Shown piece by piece: positions 18,016 through 29,454 of a stretch of 64,000 nt of DNA; the stretch's first letter is position 1; each line of letters starts with the position of its first letter. The notes beneath the pieces are model-generated. The model had not been told where the DNA came from. It made no database searches and worked only from the letters and a program-made list of their open reading frames with translations. Origin of the DNA: Dehalococcoidia bacterium. GTDB lineage: Bacteria; Chloroflexota; Dehalococcoidia; Lucifugimonadales; UBA3495. Made by a program: the position numbers and the translations under genes. The stretch is from contig CBDCVB010000002.1 in assembly GCA_965222895.1 (NCBI GenBank), positions 1,477,663-1,541,662 of the forward strand, given 5' to 3'.

Positions 18016-20340
18016 ATGGTGGACTATCAACCCAATATGGTCTTGACCAGCGACCAAACTTTCAATGTCGTAGGAACCCGGCCCATTCGCCATGACGGAG
18101 CCGATAAGGTAACCGGCATGGCCCGCTACAGTGCCGACCTGAACTTGCCGGGAATGTTGTTCGGCAAAGTGCTCCGCAGTCCGCACGCTCATGCCCGCAT
18201 CAAGTCCATCGACACCAGCAAGGCCGCAGCCATGCCCGGAGTCCGCGCGGTTATTACCGGCGCCGACATCGTCGAACCGGCCGGGCGAGCGTCCGACATG
18301 GCGGAAGGTGCGATGGTGAATTTTAAATTCCTGAGCAATAACATAATGGCACAGGAAAAGGCGCTGTACAAAGGCCACGCCATTGCTGCCGTGGCCGCGG
18401 TTAACGCGCACCTGGCCGAAGAAGCGTTGGGGCTGATTGAGGTTGAATACGAGGTGTTGCCACCGGTAATGCACGCTCGGGAAGCCATGGCCGACGGCGC
18501 CACGCTGGTTCACGAGCGGCTGGCGGCGTTCAATACGGCATCGACCCGCGCCGGTGGCGTGCTGGACGACGACGATAATTCCACCGGCACCAACATCGCC
18601 AACCATTTTGAGTTCAACATGGGCGACCTGGACGCCGGTTTCGCCGCCGCCGATGTGGTGGTTGAGCGCAGTGTCAGCACCTCCGCGGTGCATCAGGGTT
18701 ACATCGAACCCCATAGCGGAACGGCGATGTGGCACGACGACGGTATGCTAACGGTCTGGTCCAGCAGCCAGGGGCACTTCACGGTGCGCGAACACACCGC
18801 TCGCCTGGTGGGTCTTCCCGTGTCTAAGGTGAAGGCCATCCCCATGGAAATCGGCGGCGGATTCGGCGCCAAGCTGGCCGTGTACATGGAACCGCTGGCG
18901 GCGCTGCTGGCCCGCAAGGCCCATGCTCCGGTCAAGGTTGCCATGAACCGCACCGAGGTGTTTGAAGCCACCGGCCCCACCTCCGGCACCGAAATATCCT
19001 GCAAGATTGGCGCAACCTCCGACGGCAAGATTGTCGCCGCCGACGTTAACCTGATTTTTGAAGCCGGAGCTTTCCCCGGATCCCCGGTGCCCGGCGCGGC
19101 CAACTGTGTTCTGTCTGCCTACGATATACCCAACACCCATATCGAAGGTTACGATATTGTGGTCAACCGCCCCAAGACGGCGGCCTACCGCGCGCCAGGT
19201 TCTCCCGCCGCGGCGTTCTGCGTCGAAGTGGCGCTGGACGAACTGGCCGAGCAGCTGGGCATTGACCCTATCGACTTCCGCTTGATGAACAGCGCCAAAG
19301 AGGGTACTCGCCGGCCCACCGGCCCGCTGACGCCGAAGGTCGGGTATATCGAAACTCTCGAAGCGACCAAGGCGCACGCGCACTATTCAGCGCCCAAGGG
19401 CGGCAAGCACCAGGGACGGGGCTTCGCCGCCGGGTTCTGGGGCAACAACACCGGCCCGTCCAGTGCAGTTGCGGTCGTAAATCCCGATGGCACCGTGAGC
19501 CTCACCGAAGGCTCGCCCGACATCGGGGGCACGCGGGCATCCATATCCCAGCAGCTCGCCGAGGTGTTGGGTATCCCGGTCGAGGATGTGAACCCCCAAA
19601 TTGGTGATACCGACAGCATTGGCTTCACCTCCAACACCGGCGGCAGCAGCGTTACCTTCAAGACGGGTTTCGCCGCCTACACCGCCGCGCACGACATTCG
19701 CCAACAGATGATTGCCCGGGCGGCGCGTATCTGGGAGGTTGAAGAGGCAGACGTGGTGTTTGAGGATGGCGTCCTCACCCACCGGGCCGACGACCAGCTG
19801 CGCCTCACGTTCCAGCAGTTGGCGGCGCGTCAGGTTCCCACCGGCGGCCCCATCGTGGGTCGCGGCGGCGTGAATCCGGGCGGAGCCGGGCCAGCCATCG
19901 CCAGCCACATCGTTGATGTCGAGGTGGACGTCGAAACCGGCAAGGTGGAAATCCTGCGCTACACCGCCGTGCAGGATGCCGGCAAAGCCATTCATCCGTC
20001 CTACGTGGAAGGCCAGATCCAGGGCGGCGTGGTGCAGGGCATTGGCTGGGCGCTCAACGAGGAGTATTACACCAACGATCAGGGGCACATGGTGAACTCC
20101 AGCTTCCTGGACTACCGGATGCCCACCAGCCTGGATTTGCCCATGATCGACACCTGCATCGTTGAGATTACCAACCCGACCCATCCTTACGGCGTGCGTG
20201 GCGTCGGCGAGGTGCCCATCGTTCCTCCCATGGCGGCCATCGCCAACGCCATCTACGACGCTATTGGCGTGAGGCTGACCGCGCTGCCCATGAACCCCGG
20301 TAACGTCCTCGAAGCCCTGTGGGAAAAAGACGGGGCCTAA
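18016..20340 (+). CDS. Xanthine dehydrogenase/aldehyde oxidase-family molybdopterin-binding large subunit
   Basis: ATG at 18016 preceded by AGGAGGG. RHDGADKVTGMARYSAD, GGGFG, and C-terminal ..GVRGVGEVP.. motifs. No Fe-S or FAD subunit genes nearby. Confidence 0.9.
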   Translation: MVDYQPNMVLTSDQTFNVVGTRPIRHDGADKVTGMARYSADLNLPGMLFGKVLRSPHAHARIKSIDTSKAAAMPGVRAVITGADIVEPAGRASDMAEGAMVNFKFLSNNIMAQEKALYKGHAIAAVAAVNAHLAEEALGLIEVEYEVLPPVMHAREAMADGATLVHERLAAFNTASTRAGGVLDDDDNSTGTNIANHFEFNMGDLDAGFAAADVVVERSVSTSAVHQGYIEPHSGTAMWHDDGMLTVWSSSQGHFTVREHTARLVGLPVSKVKAIPMEIGGGFGAKLAVYMEPLAALLARKAHAPVKVAMNRTEVFEATGPTSGTEISCKIGATSDGKIVAADVNLIFEAGAFPGSPVPGAANCVLSAYDIPNTHIEGYDIVVNRPKTAAYRAPGSPAAAFCVEVALDELAEQLGIDPIDFRLMNSAKEGTRRPTGPLTPKVGYIETLEATKAHAHYSAPKGGKHQGRGFAAGFWGNNTGPSSAVAVVNPDGTVSLTEGSPDIGGTRASISQQLAEVLGIPVEDVNPQIGDTDSIGFTSNTGGSSVTFKTGFAAYTAAHDIRQQMIARAARIWEVEEADVVFEDGVLTHRADDQLRLTFQQLAARQVPTGGPIVGRGGVNPGGAGPAIASHIVDVEVDVETGKVEILRYTAVQDAGKAIHPSYVEGQIQGGVVQGIGWALNEEYYTNDQGHMVNSSFLDYRMPTSLDLPMIDTCIVEITNPTHPYGVRGVGEVPIVPPMAAIANAIYDAIGVRLTALPMNPGNVLEALWEKDGA

Positions 20341-20348
20341 GCCCGGCG

Positions 20349-20374
20349 CAGGGGCGAATGATTATTCGCCCCTG
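20349..20374. repeat. GC hairpin repeat family D (AGGGGCGAAT-n4-ATTCGCCCCT), copy 1
   Basis: CAGGGGCGAAT-GATT-ATTCGCCCCTG starts 9 nt after the stop at 20340. Related hairpins lie at 49886..49913 and, more loosely, at 47083..47111 and 2481..2505. Confidence 0.55.
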
Positions 20375-20409
20375 TGGCCCGGCAGCCAACTACTGCGAGG
20401 GGACTGAAT

Positions 20410-20679
20410 ATGCCCGACGTATGGATACCCCCCCAGATGCAGCGCATCACCGGCGCTCCTGACCGTGTGCAGGCGTCCGGCGCCACCGTGCGCCAGGTTA
20501 TCAACAACCTGGAAACCCTCCATCCGGGCCTCAAGGAACTGCTGTACGACGAAGAAACGGATGACGTAACCCCGGGCCTGGCGGTAATCGTTGACGGCGA
20601 GGTCAGCCAACTCGGCCTGCTGGAGCGGGTCAACGAGGACAGCGAGATGCACTTTCTGCCGGCCATCGGCGGCGGTTAG
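20410..20679 (+). CDS. MoaD/ThiS-family ubiquitin-like sulfur-carrier protein
   Basis: 89 aa ending ..HFLPAIGGG. The ATG at 20410 lies within the listed ORF 20374..20679. Confidence 0.75.
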   Translation: MPDVWIPPQMQRITGAPDRVQASGATVRQVINNLETLHPGLKELLYDEETDDVTPGLAVIVDGEVSQLGLLERVNEDSEMHFLPAIGGG

Positions 20680-20683
20680 CGTC

Positions 20684-20707
20684 CGTTATAGACATCGTTA
20701 TAGACAT
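20684..20707. repeat. Perfect 12-bp tandem duplication (CGTTATAGACAT x2)
   Basis: 20684-20695 equals 20696-20707. Confidence 0.9.
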
Positions 20708-20710
20708 AGC

Positions 20711-20739
20711 GTCGGGGCGGGTTCCAAACCCGCCCCGAC
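20711..20739. terminator. Bidirectional GC hairpin, family E (GGGGCGGGTT..AACCCGCCCC), copy 1
   Basis: GTCGGGGCGGGTT-CCA-AACCCGCCCCGAC with 13-bp arms. It sits between convergent genes ending at 20679 (+) and 20756 (-). Second copy at 49931..49958. Confidence 0.6.
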
Positions 20740-20755
20740 GCATTACGGGCAATCC

Positions 20756-22597
20756 CTACTCCGGGAACAGGGTCAGCACTGCGGTTAAGCGGCTCCCGTC
20801 TTGGCCTGCGGGAATCTCGCAGTTGCCGCCATCGGCAATGTCAAGACAGTGCGGGGAGTATGAGCTAACTGCTATCACGCCCAGGCCTTCGTCCAAAATT
20901 CGGTATTCGTCATGGTCTATGTCAAGGTCGCCCGAATCCAATTGTGCAATGATGCGGTGTATGTTGACATATCCCAAAAACTGCCTGGCGCCGGGTAGAT
21001 GTTCCGCCGCCCGCAGATATTCGGCGTTGGATGATAGCGGAGAACCTGCGTTGTTTTGGAGTCCTACGATCGTCGTCAGGGTTTCCACTGTGCTGCTTGC
21101 CGTGATGTAACCTTCGTGGAGCACATACCCTGGAGCGTAAGCGGTCTCGCCCATTACCGGGTCAAGGGAAAACACTAGAGCATCCTCTTCACCGCCGAGG
21201 TCAATTGGTCGGGCGTTCACGCCAGTGTAGGTTTGCAGCAGCGTGGATAATTGGTTCATGGTGTCTTCCAGACCCTCCTTGCCGTCCTCGCGGTAAGACA
21301 GCATTGTCGCCACTTCAACCGGCGTATTGGCCGGATCTTCCTCTATCGCCGCAAAGGAGAAATCGCGAACGGCAATTACCATCTCGCCGGCCAGATGGTC
21401 GAACAGGTCCTCTTCCAGGTCTATATCAATTAGTACAGCGACGATTTCCAGCACGAAATCCAGCACGTCCGCCAGTGTGGAATCCGCCTCCAGATCGGGC
21501 AGGTTCAGGATATCTACGTCATAGTAGAACTCGTCAATACCCTGATTTATTTCGTCAATCATTTCAGCGGTCAAAACGTCGGCGACAGGGTATTCATCCA
21601 GGACTTTTCGCCAGTGGTCAACATCAGTGTCGAAAGTACCGGCCACAAAAGCAAGTGTATCGTTCGGCAACAGGTCGGCCGGGTCTGACAGGTCGGCAAC
21701 AATCAGCGGATAGTCAATGCCGATGGGTATTACTATTTCCATTGTGACGCCCTTTTCAACCCATGCCGTTGAACTGGCAAGCCACTCCGGTTCCTGGGTC
21801 CCAAGCGCAGTTGTTCCGACGACTCCAAATCCGATTGGGTCAAGGTATTCCCACAAGTCTGAGGACCGCTTGTAATCCAAATAACCGGAAGCGAAACGAC
21901 GTTCAGGAAGTGCCGCCCGGGCAGACTTAAAGATTTCGTTGGATGCCAGGGAGTCGTCCTTTTCGCCGGCAATGCGGTCAAGCGCTAATTCCAGCGCACT
22001 TTCGCCTGTAGCGAACACCAGCCAATCTTTGGTCAGGGCGTAAGCTGCTTCGCTGTCTTCCTCTATCACGATGTCAATGCCCAAATAAGAACCGGTATCA
22101 AAATCGGCTCCTTCGCTGTCCTCCATGTATTCCAACCATTTGACGAGAAAATCGTCGGCAGCATCTTGTTCGCGCACTGCGATCATCCCCACTATTATGG
22201 GTTCCTCAATACCGCTCTTGAAATCCAGCAAGCCTACTGAAATTTCAGGGCCGGCCCACGGCAATACATCTTCTTCAAAATTGATGCCGGTATCGGCCTC
22301 GAATTCTTCCTGCAGCTCGTCCACCAAATCGCGGAAAGCCGGATACTCGTTGAATCGCTGCCAAATATCCTGCATATCATTAAACTGCCCCTGTCCGGGA
22401 ACGAGCGTCAGCCAGGCGTAGGCCAGCGTGTCGGGAGGGTAGTATCGCGCCGAGTATTCCGGCGGCTTGGCCCCAACCAGCAGCGCCAGAATCGGCCCGG
22501 GTATCGGGATCAGCCGGAAATACATCCCTGCGCCCACGATGATTAAGGCTACGATTACGATGGCGGCGATTGCCACTACCCATTTTATGGCGGTCAT
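20756..22597 (-). CDS. Membrane-anchored acidic protein, DUF3352-like
   Basis: Start placed at MTAIKWVVAIAAIVIVALIIVGAG (signal anchor), followed by a large acidic extracytoplasmic region. The family assignment is by resemblance only. Confidence 0.65.
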   Translation of the reverse strand: MTAIKWVVAIAAIVIVALIIVGAGMYFRLIPIPGPILALLVGAKPPEYSARYYPPDTLAYAWLTLVPGQGQFNDMQDIWQRFNEYPAFRDLVDELQEEFEADTGINFEEDVLPWAGPEISVGLLDFKSGIEEPIIVGMIAVREQDAADDFLVKWLEYMEDSEGADFDTGSYLGIDIVIEEDSEAAYALTKDWLVFATGESALELALDRIAGEKDDSLASNEIFKSARAALPERRFASGYLDYKRSSDLWEYLDPIGFGVVGTTALGTQEPEWLASSTAWVEKGVTMEIVIPIGIDYPLIVADLSDPADLLPNDTLAFVAGTFDTDVDHWRKVLDEYPVADVLTAEMIDEINQGIDEFYYDVDILNLPDLEADSTLADVLDFVLEIVAVLIDIDLEEDLFDHLAGEMVIAVRDFSFAAIEEDPANTPVEVATMLSYREDGKEGLEDTMNQLSTLLQTYTGVNARPIDLGGEEDALVFSLDPVMGETAYAPGYVLHEGYITASSTVETLTTIVGLQNNAGSPLSSNAEYLRAAEHLPGARQFLGYVNIHRIIAQLDSGDLDIDHDEYRILDEGLGVIAVSSYSPHCLDIADGGNCEIPAGQDGSRLTAVLTLFPE

Positions 22598-22674
22598 TGT
22601 AGTATCTCCGTGTGCCAACCGGCTTGGTATGTTTGGTATGTACAGTAGTTTAGCACCCGCACAGCGAACAACCG

Positions 22675-22703
22675 TTGACAAGCGTCCACAACCGGGCTAC
22701 ATT
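22675..22703 (+). promoter_or_regulatory. Candidate promoter of the riboswitch-led cob operon
   Basis: TTGACA (22675-22680), 17-nt spacer, TACATT (22698-22703), about 45 nt upstream of the riboswitch P1 stem. Confidence 0.45.
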
Positions 22704-22748
22704 GTCAGAGTGGCTCAGGCCGCAACTTCTTAACAACCTATTCCCAGG

Positions 22749-22915
22749 CATCGGGCGCCAACAAACCAACTCAGGCTTAATGGGGAAGGCGGTGAAAGAC
22801 CGCCGCGGTTGCGCCACTGTAAGCGGGAAGCCAGACGGTAATCGTCGTCGCCGTTACAACCGGATGGCGACGAACCCGGAAGGCCCAGGCCGCAAGTCAG
22901 GAATCCTGCCCGATG
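22749..22915 (+). promoter_or_regulatory. Cobalamin (AdoCbl) riboswitch
   Basis: P1 stem CATCGGGC (22749-22756) pairs with GCCCGATG (22908-22915). Conserved core AATGGGGAAGGCGGTGAAAGACCGCC..GCGCCACTGT (B12 box) and AGTCAGGAATCCTGCC. It lies upstream of cobalt and corrin genes. Confidence 0.85.
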
Positions 22916-23022
22916 TTTTGCTGGAACTCTACTCTGCGCCCAACAGGGTCGTTCCCCTGCGGCATTCGACAGCCGGTCACAACGGTGTCGGTGCCCATGC
23001 CGCCAACCAGGTGGCATCCCGA

Positions 23023-23051
23023 CCCTGGCGAGCGTGTTGCGCCAGGGTTTT
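23023..23051 (+). terminator. Hairpin plus T-tract, probable riboswitch expression platform
   Basis: CCCTGGCG-n9-CGCCAGGG followed by TTTT, 28 nt before the first ATG of the downstream gene. Confidence 0.5.
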
Positions 23052-23078
23052 CGCATTGCAGCGCCCACTCAAAATCAC

Positions 23079-23777
23079 ATGAACACTGCCAACACCGGAA
23101 CCAAAATGACCGTGGTCGCCGTCGGCCCGGGCGACCCTGACCTGCTGACCCTCAAGGGGCGGCAAGCCCTGGAACAGGCTGACGTAGTAGTCGGGTTCAA
23201 GACGGTTTTGGATGTGGTGGCGGGACGCACCGGCAACGCCGACGTCCGGCCCATGGCGTACCGGGACCAGGAAGCGGTGCTGGATTACGCCCAAGAGCAG
23301 GCGCAACTGGGCAAGGATTGCGTGGTGTGCGTGTGGGGCGACCTGAACGTGTCCGCCAAAGAACTGCTGAATCGAGTGCGTCGGCGCGCCGATACCGTTG
23401 AGCTGATTCCCGGTGTGAGCAGTATCCAGATGGCCTGCGCCCGCGCTGGCATCTCGCTGGAAGAGTCGGTATTCATCACCCTGCACCAACGGTGGGATCG
23501 GGGTTCGGAGCTGGGTGAGCTGGTGGAAATGCTGAACCAGGGCCGGCGTAACGTCATTCTCCTGCCGCGCCCCTACGACTTTATGCCGCCCGCAATTGCC
23601 GCTAACGCCATCACCGATGGCGCCAACGCTGACCACCCGGTAACCGTGTTTCAACGCCTCACCCTGCCCGACGAACAGCGCTGGGACGGGACACTGGCCG
23701 AATGCGCCCAATTGCCCGACGACTTCAGCGATCTGTCCATTATGGTTTTCCCCCGCGACAGCGAGCACGACGACTAA
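23079..23777 (+). CDS. Tetrapyrrole methylase family protein, CbiE-like (precorrin-6Y/cobalt-precorrin-7 C5-methyltransferase-like)
   Basis: MTVVAVGPGDPDLLTLKGRQALEQADVVVG.. and ..IPGVSSIQ.. motifs. Start is either ATG 23079 or ATG 23106. Confidence 0.75.
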   Translation: MNTANTGTKMTVVAVGPGDPDLLTLKGRQALEQADVVVGFKTVLDVVAGRTGNADVRPMAYRDQEAVLDYAQEQAQLGKDCVVCVWGDLNVSAKELLNRVRRRADTVELIPGVSSIQMACARAGISLEESVFITLHQRWDRGSELGELVEMLNQGRRNVILLPRPYDFMPPAIAANAITDGANADHPVTVFQRLTLPDEQRWDGTLAECAQLPDDFSDLSIMVFPRDSEHDD

Positions 23778-23780
23778 CCG

Positions 23781-27686
<3,906 letters not shown>

Positions 27687-27717
27687 GCGACGGCCTGCGG
27701 TCAGGAGGATGTTTCGC

Positions 27718-28128
27718 ATGGAAAACACGTTGGATTTGTTGCAGGAACTGACCCGGAACCCCAAGATGATGTGGGTAGTGGGCGGCGGCTCGGTAGTCAG
27801 CGAAAACCACGCTGGCGGCATCCGGCAGCCCGAAGTTCACAACGGTTGGGCTACGGTTGAAGCCGACAACTGGCACTTTCATCTGCAACTGGAGCAAATT
27901 GACGGCATCCAGTTCGTTGAGGCTATGAGCCACGGCGACCTGAAGTCCTACTACGTCCGGTTCTCGAAGAATTGGGAAGAAACGCTGGTGCGCTGCTACT
28001 TCCCCAATCCGCACCTGGACGACGATGAAAAGCGCACCGATATGCAACCCGACAAGCTGCAGGCCTTTGAAGAGGCCCGGGACCGTTGGGTGGGCAAAGA
28101 GGAGAACCTGATATTCGTGCAGCGTTAA
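27718..28128 (+). CDS. Hypothetical protein inside the cob operon
   Basis: 136 aa from MENTLDLLQELTRNPKMMWVVGGG... AGGAGG lies 9 nt upstream of the ATG at 27718. No family recognised with confidence. Confidence 0.6.
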   Translation: MENTLDLLQELTRNPKMMWVVGGGSVVSENHAGGIRQPEVHNGWATVEADNWHFHLQLEQIDGIQFVEAMSHGDLKSYYVRFSKNWEETLVRCYFPNPHLDDDEKRTDMQPDKLQAFEEARDRWVGKEENLIFVQR

Positions 28129-28257
28129 CCGCCGCATCAACCGCGCCGACGGTGCGCTTGAGGTTGTGATACCGCGAGCGAAGTCGTACAATGAGCAGCC
28201 GTTGCGCTGCGTAGCAACCTGCCCGCAAGGGTAATATGGCAAGAGGAGTAACACATC

Positions 28258-28458
28258 ATGGCAATCATCAATCGTTTCCTTTCCACGACCAACACCGCTG
28301 CCTGGGCGCCCTGGCTGGTGGTGGGAGCCCTGGCGCTCTACATGGTTGGCTACGTTGACGGCGGCGTGCACGCCGCGGCAGTGGGATCCCCCGGTGTCCT
28401 TGGCACCGTGCATGAGTTCTTCCACCACGCCCGCCACGTTGCCTTTATGTGCCACTAG
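28258..28458 (+). CDS. cbtB: Putative cobalt transporter subunit CbtB
   Basis: 66 aa with one TM segment and the His-rich C-terminus VHEFFHHARHVAFMCH characteristic of CbtB. GAGGAG SD. Confidence 0.8.
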   Translation: MAIINRFLSTTNTAAWAPWLVVGALALYMVGYVDGGVHAAAVGSPGVLGTVHEFFHHARHVAFMCH

Positions 28459-28643
28459 CCAAATAGGTGTCCGGTGCCCATGCTGCACCGGACAATTAGC
28501 TGAGGCCGGTTTCACCGCGGTGGCGCTCACTGTAGCGTCGGGAGGAGACCCGTGAATCCGCTGGAGCTGTTAATGTAACCCGGGCACGGTCAGTTGAATC
28601 GTTCCCGAGCTACCACAGCGGTCGGAATCACAGGAGTTATAAC

Positions 28644-29408
28644 ATGGATCGCATCCTCCCGACCGCCCTACTTATGGGCGTCATCATAGGTTTTCTCGTC
28701 GCCGCCTACATGAACATTTTCAATGTTCCTGTGATGGAGTGGGCTATCGACCTTGAAGGCAAAGCGGCGGCAGAGGTTGAAGGTGGCGAAGAGACGGAGC
28801 TGCCGTTGGCCGCCCTGACCAGTCTTGGCGGCCAACGGATTGGTATGAGCCTGGCGTTCGCCGTAATTGGCGTTCTGTACGCAGCCGTTTTCACCGGCCT
28901 TTATCATCTGATGCGCCGCGCCACACCCGGCTGGAGTCTCTGGGCGTGGGCATCCATCGCTGGTCTGCTGGGATTCTGGGCAGTGTCGATGTTCACCCAG
29001 ATCAAGTTCCCCCTGAACCCTCCTGGCGTGGGTGACGAGGGTAGTTTGCTGGCTCGACAGGGCTTTCAGTTTATATTCATGATGGTTTCGGCGGTATCCG
29101 TGGCCCTGGTGCTGTACGGGGTGGGGTTCGTCAACCGCAACAACAGTGGCAACGCCCGCTGGATCCGGTATGCCGGCATCGGTCTGGCCTATGCGGTGGT
29201 GGCATTGCTCCTGGCCTTCGCCATCCCCAGCGTGCAAGACACAGTCCCGGACTGGCTGCCTCAAGAATTGACTATCTTGTTCCGCAGCTTCACCGCCGCC
29301 GGTCATTTCCTCCTCTGGATGGGCATTGCCCTGGCGACCGTGGGATACCGCACGTATCGGGAGCGGGGTATTCACGCCTTTCCGAATTCCGCCGCCGCGA
29401 CCGGCTAA
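28644..29408 (+). CDS. cbtA: Putative cobalt transporter subunit CbtA
   Basis: 254-aa polytopic membrane protein directly after cbtB, in a B12-regulated operon. Confidence 0.75.
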   Translation: MDRILPTALLMGVIIGFLVAAYMNIFNVPVMEWAIDLEGKAAAEVEGGEETELPLAALTSLGGQRIGMSLAFAVIGVLYAAVFTGLYHLMRRATPGWSLWAWASIAGLLGFWAVSMFTQIKFPLNPPGVGDEGSLLARQGFQFIFMMVSAVSVALVLYGVGFVNRNNSGNARWIRYAGIGLAYAVVALLLAFAIPSVQDTVPDWLPQELTILFRSFTAAGHFLLWMGIALATVGYRTYRERGIHAFPNSAAATG

Positions 29409-29454
29409 TCCGCCGGCCGTGACCATACCCGGCGTTGACGATACGAGGTTCCGC

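Noticed and set aside
17281-18735. Overlapping long extensions of ORFs 17281..20340 (+) and 16951..18735 (-)
   Set aside because: The recognisable proteins start at 18016 (+, AGGAGGG SD) and 17838 (-). The mutual overlaps are open-frame artefacts of GC-rich DNA.
28129-28257. Possible second B12 element upstream of cbtB (contains AACCTGCCCGC)
   Set aside because: It lacks the GCCACTG B12-box core, the GGGAA/GGTGAAA segment and a closing P1 helix. The gene is more simply co-transcribed from the upstream riboswitch.
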